Assembly: GCA_963783385.1 (NCBI GenBank)
Contig: CAWANJ010000006.1
Coordinates: 96,001 to 160,000 of the forward strand
Origin: an uncultured Gemmatimonadales bacterium
GTDB taxonomy: Bacteria > Gemmatimonadota > Gemmatimonadetes > Palauibacterales > Palauibacteraceae
Direction: 5' to 3'
Length of the DNA: 64,000 nt
In this document: piece after piece, positions 8,928 through 17,437 of the stretch
Numbering within the stretch: the first letter of the stretch is position 1
Layout: each line of letters starts with the position of its first letter
Made by a program: the position numbers and the translations under genes
The notes under the pieces: generated by a model
The model's database searches: none
Told to the model about the DNA's origin: nothing
The model's input: only the letters and a program-made list of their open reading frames with translations

Positions 8928-11900
8928 GTGTCCAGCCTCGATCGCCGCTCGCCGATCATCCCATCCTTCGTCCTCTCCGCCGTCCTCACCGCGACCGCCC
9001 TGCTCCCCCTCGCTTCGGCCCCGGTCCGCGCCCAGCAGTTCGATCCCTCCCTGTTCTCGGGGATGCGCTGGCGCCTGGTCGGGCCCTTCCGCGCGGGGCG
9101 CTCGGTGGCCGCCACCGGCGTGCCGGGCCAGCCCGAGCACTTCTACTTCGGCGCCGTGGACGGCGGCGTGTGGGAGAGCCGCGACGCGGGTCTCACCTGG
9201 AGACCGCGCTTCGACGGCGAGCCCGTCGCATCCGTCGGGGCGATCGCCATGGCGCCGTCGGACCCTTCCATCCTGTACGTGGGGACCGGCGAAGCGGACA
9301 TCCGCGCCTCGAACGCGGCCGGCGACGGAATGTACCGCTCGGACGACGGCGGGAAGACGTGGCGGCACATCGGACTGGACGACACGCGCCGCATCGGCCG
9401 CATCCTGGTGGATCCCCGGAATCCGAACCGGGTGTGGGTGGCGGCGCTGGGCCACGCGTACGGGCCCAACGAGCAGCGGGGCGTGTTCCGCACGAACGAT
9501 GGTGGAAGGACGTGGCACAAGGTCCTGTACCGCGATCGGAACACGGGAGCGATCGACCTGGCCTCCTCTCCCTCGGACCCGAACCGGATCTTCGCCGTGC
9601 TGTGGGGCACGCGGCGGCCGCCATGGAACGTGTACCCCCCCTCCAACAGCTTCGGCGCGGTCTTCGAGACGACCGATGGCGGTGACCACTGGCGGAAGGT
9701 GGCGGGCGGGCTCCCCGGCGGCCCGGGGGTGGGCCGCATCGGGATCGCCGTGGCGCCGACCGACCCCGACCGCGTGTACGCGCAGGTGGACGCCACGGGC
9801 GCTGCCGGCGAGGGGGGCGTGTACCGCTCCGACGACGCCGGCTCGACCTGGAAGCTCGCGGACGGCGAGGACCGCATCTGGCACCGGGGCTGGTATTTCG
9901 GCAGCGTGACCGTCGATCCGGCCAACGCCGACGTCGTCTACGTCATGAACACGAGCGTGTACCGCTCCGAGGACGCCGGCGCCACCTTCCAGGGCTTCAA
10001 GGGCGCGCCGGGCGGGGACGACTACCACCAGCTGTGGATCGACCCCTCGAACGCGCGCCACATGATCCTGGCGTCCGACCAGGGCGTGATCGTGAGCGTG
10101 GACGGCGGCAGCAGCTGGAGCTCGTGGAACAACCAGCCCACGGCCCAGCTCTACCACGTGGTCGCCGACCACGGCTTCCCCTACAAGCTGTACGGCTCCC
10201 AGCAGGACTCGGGCTCGCGCTGGATCCTGAGCCGGAGCGGTGGCTACGGCGGCATCAGCTTCCGGTACTGGGGAAACGCCTGCGCCGGGGGTGAGAGCGG
10301 CTACATCGCCATCGACCCCCTGGACGAGGACATCCTGTTCGGAACCTCCTACGACGGGTCGGTGGTGCGCTGCGACCAGAAGACCGGCGTGCGGACCACG
10401 ATCTCTCCAGAGCTCGCCTGGCCCGACTCCTCCTTCCGCGTGTCCTGGACCATGCCGATCGTGGCCTCCGCGGCCGACCCGCACGCCGTCTACTTCGGCG
10501 ACCAGTACGTGTTCGAGACGCGCGACCGGGGCGCCAGCTGGAAGAAGATCAGCCCCGACCTGACCCGTGAGGCGCCGGGGGTGCCGTCCAACCTCGACTC
10601 GGCCACGGCCCACGATCGGACGGCGGTCGAGCGGGCCGGAACCCGCTGGGGCGTCATCTTCACGATCGCGCCCTCGCCCGTGGACGCGAACGCGGTGTGG
10701 GCCGGAACCGACGACGGGCTGGTGTGGGTCACGCGGGACGGCGGACGGAGCTGGAAGGACGTGACGCCGGGAGCCCTGACGCCGTGGAGCAAGGTCTCCA
10801 TGATCGAGGCCTCGCACACGGACTCCGCAGTGGCGTGGGCCGCCGTGGACCGGCACCGGTTGGACGACTTCTCGCCCCACGTGTACCGCACCCGCGACGG
10901 GGGCGGGAGCTGGCAGGAGGTGGACGACGGGCTCCCCGCCGGCGCGTGGGTCAACGCGGTCCGCGAGGACCCCGACCGGCCGGGCCTCCTGTTCGCCGGG
11001 ACCGAAATGGGCGTGTACGCCTCCTTCGACGGCGGGGACCACTGGCAGTCCCTCCGCATGAACATGCCCGTGAGCTCCGTCCGCGACCTCGTGATCCGCG
11101 ATGGCGACCTGACCGCGGCCACGCACGGTCGTTCGATGTGGACGCTGGACGACATCGCGCCGCTGAGGCAGATGTCCTCCGAGGTCGCCCGCTCCGGCGC
11201 CTACCTGTTCCGGCCCGACACGACCACGCTCGTCCGGGGCCGCTCGCGCTCGACCCCGGCCTCGGCGGCACCGTACGTGGACCCGGTCGAGCTGGCGGCG
11301 GGCGAGAACCCACCATCGGGGGCCATCCTGGACTACTACCTGGAGGACGACGTCGACTCGGTGGCGCTCGAGGTCGTCCGAGCGGACGGGGAGATCGTGC
11401 GCCGCTACTCGAGCACCGAGAAGCCGCACGCCACCGACCCGAAGTCGCTGGACATCCCGGCCGGGTGGATCTCCACGCCCGACGTGCTGCCCGCCGCGGC
11501 CGGCATGCACCGGTGGACGTGGGACCTCCACTACGCCCGGACCGGCGGCGGGGGCGGCCGGGGCGGGTTCTTCGGCGGCGGGGGCGGACCCTGGGTCCTG
11601 CCCGGCGACTACACGGTCCGTCTGGTCGCCGGCGGCGACACTCTCGCCCGGCCGCTGGTCGTGCGCCAGGACCCGCGCAGCGCGGCCGCGCCGGAGGCGC
11701 TGGCCGCCCAGCTGGCCCTGGCCCGACGGGTCGAGGCGGCGAGCGGCGAAGCCGCGGCGGCGCTGCGCCAGGTCGACGGCGTTCGGGCCCGCATCGACTC
11801 GGCCAGGGCGAAGGCCGCCGGGAAGAAGGACGTTCTGTCCGCGCTGGACCGCGTGGAGGGGAAGATCCGGGACGTGCAGGGGCGCAGGGCCGCGCCCAAC

Positions 11901-12164
11901 CCGGACGCCGCGGGCGTCGGGGACGGCGGGCCGGCCCCCGGCACGCTTCTGTATCTGAGGAGCTATCTGGGCAGCCTGGAGCGCGCCATCGAGAGCGGGG
12001 ACTCGGCGCCCTCGGCGGAAGCGAAGACGAGCTTCGAGAAGGCGGGCCGCGCGCTGGACGCGGCCCTCGAGCGCTGGCGGGGGCTCCGGTCGACGGACCT
12101 GCCCGCACTCGACGAGTCGCTCGGGCGGGCGGGGCTCCCGCCGGTGGGGGCCGGCCGGCCCTAG
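8928..12164 (+). CDS. Exported VPS10/BNR-repeat (sortilin-like) glycosyl hydrolase
   Basis: Signal peptide, WRLVGPFRAGR start, many S/T-x-D-G-G-x-T/S-W Asp boxes, C-terminal coiled coil; AGGAG RBS. Confidence 0.9.
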   Translation: MSSLDRRSPIIPSFVLSAVLTATALLPLASAPVRAQQFDPSLFSGMRWRLVGPFRAGRSVAATGVPGQPEHFYFGAVDGGVWESRDAGLTWRPRFDGEPVASVGAIAMAPSDPSILYVGTGEADIRASNAAGDGMYRSDDGGKTWRHIGLDDTRRIGRILVDPRNPNRVWVAALGHAYGPNEQRGVFRTNDGGRTWHKVLYRDRNTGAIDLASSPSDPNRIFAVLWGTRRPPWNVYPPSNSFGAVFETTDGGDHWRKVAGGLPGGPGVGRIGIAVAPTDPDRVYAQVDATGAAGEGGVYRSDDAGSTWKLADGEDRIWHRGWYFGSVTVDPANADVVYVMNTSVYRSEDAGATFQGFKGAPGGDDYHQLWIDPSNARHMILASDQGVIVSVDGGSSWSSWNNQPTAQLYHVVADHGFPYKLYGSQQDSGSRWILSRSGGYGGISFRYWGNACAGGESGYIAIDPLDEDILFGTSYDGSVVRCDQKTGVRTTISPELAWPDSSFRVSWTMPIVASAADPHAVYFGDQYVFETRDRGASWKKISPDLTREAPGVPSNLDSATAHDRTAVERAGTRWGVIFTIAPSPVDANAVWAGTDDGLVWVTRDGGRSWKDVTPGALTPWSKVSMIEASHTDSAVAWAAVDRHRLDDFSPHVYRTRDGGGSWQEVDDGLPAGAWVNAVREDPDRPGLLFAGTEMGVYASFDGGDHWQSLRMNMPVSSVRDLVIRDGDLTAATHGRSMWTLDDIAPLRQMSSEVARSGAYLFRPDTTTLVRGRSRSTPASAAPYVDPVELAAGENPPSGAILDYYLEDDVDSVALEVVRADGEIVRRYSSTEKPHATDPKSLDIPAGWISTPDVLPAAAGMHRWTWDLHYARTGGGGGRGGFFGGGGGPWVLPGDYTVRLVAGGDTLARPLVVRQDPRSAAAPEALAAQLALARRVEAASGEAAAALRQVDGVRARIDSARAKAAGKKDVLSALDRVEGKIRDVQGRRAAPNPDAAGVGDGGPAPGTLLYLRSYLGSLERAIESGDSAPSAEAKTSFEKAGRALDAALERWRGLRSTDLPALDESLGRAGLPPVGAGRP

Positions 12165-13816
12165 CGCCCGGCCAGCCGGCGGGCCGCGCGCCGCGGCAGG
12201 CGACGGACCTTCCCGAGCGCCCGCCGCAGGCGTCCTCGCCACGTGCCCGACGTCCGGGCCGCGGGCCGGCGGGTCCCGTGGAGCTCGAACACCAGGTAGG
12301 CGGCGCGCCCCTCGCCCGGGTTCGCCATGCCGTGGGGCTCGCCGGCCGGATAGAAGATCACGCCCCCGGGCCCCACGCGGCGACCCAGCGTCTCGACCTC
12401 GCCCTGGACCACCACGATCCCCACGTCGTACGCGTCTTCGTGCGGGGCGTAGCCGCTCCCGGGCTCGAGGGTCGTGAAGTGGCCGTGCAGCCGGTCCAGG
12501 TAGCCGGTCTCCAGGTCGAAGATCGACTCGTACCTGACCCCCGGGTCCTCGCCGGCGGCCCCGGCTCCGGCCGGGCCGAAGCTCCACACCGAGGAGGCCG
12601 CGGCCCGGTTCGGCCCGCGCGCCGGCACGTTCCGCCACTTGAAGATGCAGTAGGTGGCGGGCCCCCGGCCCACGCTCCGGATCGTGTGGACCTGGCGGGC
12701 GCGGTGGTAGACCACGGTGCCGGGCCCGACCCTCCGGGCACGGGTCGCGTCCGGCGTCGCCTCCTCGGCCGTGACGATCTCGACCTCGCCCCCGAGCGGG
12801 ACGATGATCTCCTCCTCCGCGTGGTCGTGGGGCGGATGAGGCACGGCGCCGGCGCTCAGGACGGAGGTGTGCACCTCCAGCTCGTCGAGGCAGGGCGTCT
12901 CGCCCTCGAACTGGGAATACAGGGCCCAGCCCGTGTCCGGATCCTCGTCCCGGCGCGCCAGCTCCCGGATCCAGCACGGGGCCAGGGGCTCGGCCTCCAG
13001 GGCGGCCTCCACCGAGCCGGCCTCCCCCGCGAAGGCCGGACCGTCCACGACGCGATTCTCTCCCGAGCCATCCCGGCCCCGCACGACGACGCATGGAGGG
13101 CGGGGGCGCTCGAGGAAGCGGAACGGCCACTCGAATTGCCCGTCCGGGTCGGGAATCCGAATGGGGGTGTCGGGCGCCGTGTACTGGAGGATGAGGGCCG
13201 TGCGGGTCCCCTCCTGGAGAAGGTTGTTCGAGCCGTGCCACAAACGGCCGTCGAACAGGAGGACGTCCCCGTCCGTCATGTCGAGCTGCACGATCTCCGC
13301 CCGTGGATCGCGCTCGCGCGCCCACCCTGCGATCCGGTCGGTCGTGGCCTCGCCCCGCGCCAGCCCCAGCCCGTGTCCGACCTCCTGCAGGCTCTGGCCG
13401 AAGCGGTGCGAGTGGGGGATCACGGCGAGACTCGACTCGCGGCGCGTGTTCGCGACGCCGATCCAGGCCGTCACCGTGTGGCCCCGGGGATCGGCCGTCT
13501 CGAGGTCGGTGTGCCACGGGTGGACCTGCCCGGGCCGTCGATCGACCATGCTCGCCCCCCACAGGAGCACGTCCGGGCCGAGGAGCCCGGCCACGAGGTC
13601 GACCAGCGGCGGATGGGCGCCCAGCGCGTGGTAGAGGGGCGAGGCGGCCGCGTAGGCCTTGTACCAGAACGGGGGAGGCGGCACGTCGGGGCGCAGGGCC
13701 ACGATCCGCCGGCACTGCTCGGGCGTGAACAGTCGGATCGGCCCCGCGTAGCCGCGCTCCTCGAAGCCCAGGCGCAACTCGGAGACGGACGGGGTCGTTC
13801 CCGGGTCAGGGCACAT
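12161..13816 (-). CDS. PhyH-family Fe(II)/2-oxoglutarate dioxygenase fused to two cupin domains
   Basis: HPWHTD and WHGS facial triad; PHPPHDHAEEE...VHTI and YAPHEDAY...PHGMAN cupin motifs. Confidence 0.8.
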   Translation of the reverse strand: MCPDPGTTPSVSELRLGFEERGYAGPIRLFTPEQCRRIVALRPDVPPPPFWYKAYAAASPLYHALGAHPPLVDLVAGLLGPDVLLWGASMVDRRPGQVHPWHTDLETADPRGHTVTAWIGVANTRRESSLAVIPHSHRFGQSLQEVGHGLGLARGEATTDRIAGWARERDPRAEIVQLDMTDGDVLLFDGRLWHGSNNLLQEGTRTALILQYTAPDTPIRIPDPDGQFEWPFRFLERPRPPCVVVRGRDGSGENRVVDGPAFAGEAGSVEAALEAEPLAPCWIRELARRDEDPDTGWALYSQFEGETPCLDELEVHTSVLSAGAVPHPPHDHAEEEIIVPLGGEVEIVTAEEATPDATRARRVGPGTVVYHRARQVHTIRSVGRGPATYCIFKWRNVPARGPNRAAASSVWSFGPAGAGAAGEDPGVRYESIFDLETGYLDRLHGHFTTLEPGSGYAPHEDAYDVGIVVVQGEVETLGRRVGPGGVIFYPAGEPHGMANPGEGRAAYLVFELHGTRRPAARTSGTWRGRLRRALGKVRRLPRRAARRLAGR

Positions 13817-14003
13817 GGGAGGCTCCAGGAGCGCGAGGCTGAGCACGATCTGGACGTGGACGCCGACGGGCGGCCATCGTCCCGGCGCGTGGCCTCAATA
13901 TAGCCCGGGGCGCCGCGTCGCTGCAGGGCGGCGCCCCGACCGTTGGGGCCGCCGAGGCGCGTTCCTCGTGGGCGCCCGGCCCACGCTGGCGAGGCCGGAT
14001 TGC

Positions 14004-14032
14004 TTGCCGGTATATGTCTACACTCGTAGACT
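14004..14032 (+). promoter_or_regulatory. Sigma70 promoter overlapped by a palindromic operator
   Basis: TTGCCG(14004)-N17-TAGACT(14027); perfect GTCTAC-N4-GTAGAC at 14016-14031. Confidence 0.6.
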
Positions 14033-14237
14033 TCTTCGGTGGTGATCGTACGCCAGAGCAGGAAGTTCGTGTCGGAACGTCGAAGGTTGATCGAGCACAG
14101 GCCCTTCCGGTCGCGACCGCGTCACCCGATCCATGGTGTCCTCTTCGTGCCGAATCGGGGCTCGCCCTCCGGGCGCGCTGCCACCCCAGACCGCCGATCG
14201 ACGCACGCCGGACCCAAGGATCAGGATGGAGAGGCCG

Positions 14238-15302
14238 ATGCGGAAGAGCGACAGTCCCAAGGGATTCTCGCACTCTAGCGAACCTCAGCCCCACAAGGCG
14301 CGAACGCAGGCGATCCTGCGGGAGCACCCCGAGGTCCGGGAGGAGATCGGCAAGAACCCCTGGTCCTTCGCCCTCATCCTGCTTCTCGTGGCGATCCAGT
14401 TCGCGCTGGCCTGGTGGCTGAGGGACAGGCCCTGGTGGGCCATCCTCCTGGTCGCGTACACGGCCGGTGCCGTCGCCGACCACGGGTTGTTCGTGCTCGT
14501 GCACGAGTGCGCTCACAACCTGATCTTCCGGAAGACCGTGCCCAACACGCTGGCGGGCATCACCGCCAACCTGCCGAGCGTGATCCCGACCTCGGTCTCC
14601 TTCAAGCGCTACCACCTGAAGCACCATTCCTACCAGGGCGTCTACGAGCTCGACGCCGACCTGCCCAGCGCATGGGAGGCGAAGCTGGTGGGCAACTCTT
14701 CCGTCCGGAAGGCGGTGTGGCTCCTGCTGTTCCCGATCTTCCAGATGCTGCGGGCCTTCCGGATCAAGGAAGTGACCCTGTTCGACCGGTGGCAAGTCTT
14801 CAACATGGTCGTGATCTTCGCGGTCGACGCCGCCGTGCTGGCGGTCCTGGGTCCGCGCGCCTTCCTCTACCTGCTGACCGCCGTGTTCTTCTCGGTGGGG
14901 CTGCATCCCGTGGGAGCCCGCTGGATCCAGCGTCACTGGCTGGTGGAGGACGAGCAGGAGACGTACAGCTACTACGGGCGCATGAACACGCTCGCCTTCA
15001 ACGTGGGCTTCCACAACGAGCACCACGACTTCCCGTCCATCCCGTGGAACCATCTGCCGAAGATCAAGGCGACCGCGCCCGAGTACTACAGCGAGCTCAA
15101 GTCGCACGCCTCCTGGTCGCGGCTGCTCCTCCAGTTCGTGTTCGACCCGAGCCTTACCCTGTTCTCGCGCATGGTGCGGGAACGGCAGGGCCACTCGGCG
15201 AGCCGCGCCGCGGCGGAGATCCGGCGCACGGGCGAGGCGGGCCGGAGCGCCCCGGATCCCGAGCCGCTCCGGCCCGCGGCCGCGGAGGGCGCGCAGGGCT
15301 GA
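14238..15302 (+). CDS. Fatty acid desaturase, sphingolipid delta-4 desaturase (DEGS/DES1)-like
   Basis: His boxes HECAH, HLKHH, HNEHH; DEGS-type N-terminus PHKARTQAILREHPEV, GLHPVGARWI and QETYSYYG. Confidence 0.85.
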   Translation: MRKSDSPKGFSHSSEPQPHKARTQAILREHPEVREEIGKNPWSFALILLLVAIQFALAWWLRDRPWWAILLVAYTAGAVADHGLFVLVHECAHNLIFRKTVPNTLAGITANLPSVIPTSVSFKRYHLKHHSYQGVYELDADLPSAWEAKLVGNSSVRKAVWLLLFPIFQMLRAFRIKEVTLFDRWQVFNMVVIFAVDAAVLAVLGPRAFLYLLTAVFFSVGLHPVGARWIQRHWLVEDEQETYSYYGRMNTLAFNVGFHNEHHDFPSIPWNHLPKIKATAPEYYSELKSHASWSRLLLQFVFDPSLTLFSRMVRERQGHSASRAAAEIRRTGEAGRSAPDPEPLRPAAAEGAQG

Positions 15303-15332
15303 GTCGGAGCGCCTCACCGGCGCTCGCCATCC

Positions 15333-16619
15333 TCACGTCCTCCCCAGCACCCCCTCGATCGCGTCGCACGCCCGGCGCAGGCCCTCCTCCGTCCGGACCA
15401 CGCGCCCCACCTCGGCGGCCCGTTCCCGGACGGACGGGTCCCCGAGCAGAGCGCGGAGTTCCCGTGCGGCCGTGGCACCTCGATAGTGCCTCGGTTCGAG
15501 GACTCTCGCGATCCCCAGGCGCTCCGCGCGGTGCGCATTGTCCGGCTGGTCGTGGGCGAAGGGCACGACCAGCATGGGCACCCCGGCCCGCAGCGCCTGG
15601 GCCATCGTCCCGATGCCGCCGTGGTGGACGACGGCCGCGGCGCGCGGGAACAGCTCGGCGTAGGGAGCGAACTCGGCCACCCGTACATCCTCCGGGAGCG
15701 GCCCCGCGGGCCGGTTCCCGGGATCGGGACCGACGAGCAGCACGGCCCGGACCCCGAGCCGCCGCGCGGCCACCAGGCTCTCCTCGTAGAACGTACCGGC
15801 GGCCGCGACCGCCGACGAGCCCAGGGTGAACACGACGGGAGCCGGGCCTTCCTCCAGGAAGGCGGCGAGCGCCCCGCCATCACGATCCTCCGACTCGCCG
15901 GCGTCTGCGGGCGTGCGATCGTAGAACACGGGGCCGGTCACGCGGAGCTGGCCCGGCCAGTCTTGCTGCGGCCGGGCCAGGAGCCGCGAGAACAGCGCCA
16001 GCGAGAGGAGGGGGGAGTGCTGGCCCTCGAACAGCGGGTTCTGCCCCGGCGGCAGGCCGCGCTCCTCCCGGAGGCGGACCACCGGCCTGGTCCACGCGCG
16101 GGTCGCCCGGCGGGCGAGCGCCGCGAACGCCCGCGCGGCGCCCGGAACCCCCTCCAGCCGCTTCATCCACGGCGCCGGCGGGAACACCGGGAGGTCGTGC
16201 TCGGAGAACAGGGAGATCGGCGAGAGCACGGTGGACACCCACGCCAGGCCCCGCTCCTCGGCCACGATCGGGCCGGCGAAGGTGATGGGGTGGGTCACCA
16301 GGAGGTCGGCGCCCTCGACCGCGGCCGACAGGTCCTCGTAGCCGGGCCGCAGGGCAGGCATGAGGAGCTCGCGGACCAGCCGCTCGGTGCCGCGCCAGGG
16401 GTCGAGGATGCGGCCGACCAGCTCCGTGTCGCGTGGATCCACGTCGGGACGGATCGCCCGGAAGCCCACGCCCTCACTCTCCACGTAGTCCCGGTAGTAG
16501 GCGCTGGTGGCGACGACGGGCCGATGCCCCCGGGCCGCGAGCTCCACCGCGAGCCCGAGGTACGGGTTCACGTCGCCGTAGGAGCCCAGGGTCGCGAGGA
16601 CCACTTTCCGGCCGCTCAC
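15333..16619 (-). CDS. GT1/GT28-like glycosyltransferase
   Basis: ATLGSYGDVNPY N-terminus; VVHHGGIGT...PFAHDQPDNA nucleotide-sugar binding motif. Confidence 0.9.
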   Translation of the reverse strand: MSGRKVVLATLGSYGDVNPYLGLAVELAARGHRPVVATSAYYRDYVESEGVGFRAIRPDVDPRDTELVGRILDPWRGTERLVRELLMPALRPGYEDLSAAVEGADLLVTHPITFAGPIVAEERGLAWVSTVLSPISLFSEHDLPVFPPAPWMKRLEGVPGAARAFAALARRATRAWTRPVVRLREERGLPPGQNPLFEGQHSPLLSLALFSRLLARPQQDWPGQLRVTGPVFYDRTPADAGESEDRDGGALAAFLEEGPAPVVFTLGSSAVAAAGTFYEESLVAARRLGVRAVLLVGPDPGNRPAGPLPEDVRVAEFAPYAELFPRAAAVVHHGGIGTMAQALRAGVPMLVVPFAHDQPDNAHRAERLGIARVLEPRHYRGATAARELRALLGDPSVRERAAEVGRVVRTEEGLRRACDAIEGVLGRT

Positions 16620-16793
16620 GCGCCCCCCGGCCCCCTCCGGTCCCGCAGGCCACGCCGGGCCCGGCTCCTCGAGCCGGAGGGGATCCGGCTTCCGGGGCGT
16701 AGGGAAATCACCCACGAATCGACACGACAATCTCCTGACAGACGCGCTCGGCCGGCCGGCCGAGGTTGAACATCGCCTGAAGGGAGGCCCTGG

Positions 16794-16895
16794 ATGTCAC
16801 GCAAGCAGAGAGATCTCATCTGGAGCGTCGGTCTCACGGTCCTCGCCGTGGGCCTCGCCCTCCTGGTCACGGCGACGAGCCTGGCCGCACGATAG
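16794..16895 (+). CDS. Putative 33-aa single-TM small protein
   Basis: AGGGAGG RBS 6 nt before ATG; MSRKQRDLIWSVGLTVLAVGLALLVTATSLAAR*; below the ORF-track cutoff. Confidence 0.6.
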   Translation: MSRKQRDLIWSVGLTVLAVGLALLVTATSLAAR

Positions 16896-17146
16896 CGGTG
16901 CCGGAGGCCGCCCGACAGCCGGACCCGACCCCTCTCACACGGGCTGCTCCATGAGGTCGGCGATTCCCTGACCAGGTGCTGCAGGGAGCAGGCCTTCACG
17001 AGCCGGTTCCGGCCCACGCCATGTCGACGAATGCAGCGTCGGAGCGAGAGAGTTCGTCCGCCTGCTCCGAAGCCGATTCCATCGCCATCGAAGCCCCAAT
17101 GCCCGCCGTCGGCAGGAAGCTGGCCGCTCGCGCCTTTCTGCCTCTC

Positions 17147-17437
17147 TCATCCCTCCTCGAGCGCCTCCAGGCCTTCGGCGACCATGGTGGGGACGAACTC
17201 CGTGACCGCATACTCCGCCAGGCCCCGGACCCTGAACGGGTCCCGGTCGAGGTCGGCGTCCAGCTCCTCGCGATCCCGGAGCCGGGAGAGAATCACGCCG
17301 CCCGTGCGCGGCACCTTCCGGCCGGAGGCCAGGAAGCTCCCTCTGGCGTATTCGGTGTCCAGGAACGTGATGTGCTCGTCGAGGTGTCGATCGATCTCCT
17401 CGAGGGGCCGCCTGTAGGTGAGCGAGACGCTGAACAT
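17147..17437 (-). CDS. YciI family protein
   Basis: MFSVSLTYRRPLEEIDRHLDEHITFL...FLASGRKVPRTGGVIL...DPF. Confidence 0.85.
   Translation of the reverse strand: MFSVSLTYRRPLEEIDRHLDEHITFLDTEYARGSFLASGRKVPRTGGVILSRLRDREELDADLDRDPFRVRGLAEYAVTEFVPTMVAEGLEALEEG

Noticed and set aside
8643-13715. Very long ORFs (1690 aa at 8643, 1263 aa at 39345, 929 aa at 46046, 701 aa at 53927 and others)
   Set aside because: Antisense or off-frame shadows of real genes in high-GC DNA; Arg/Pro/Gly-rich and without motifs.
16935-17146. Small ORFs downstream of yciI
   Set aside because: No convincing RBS, motif or consistent frame.
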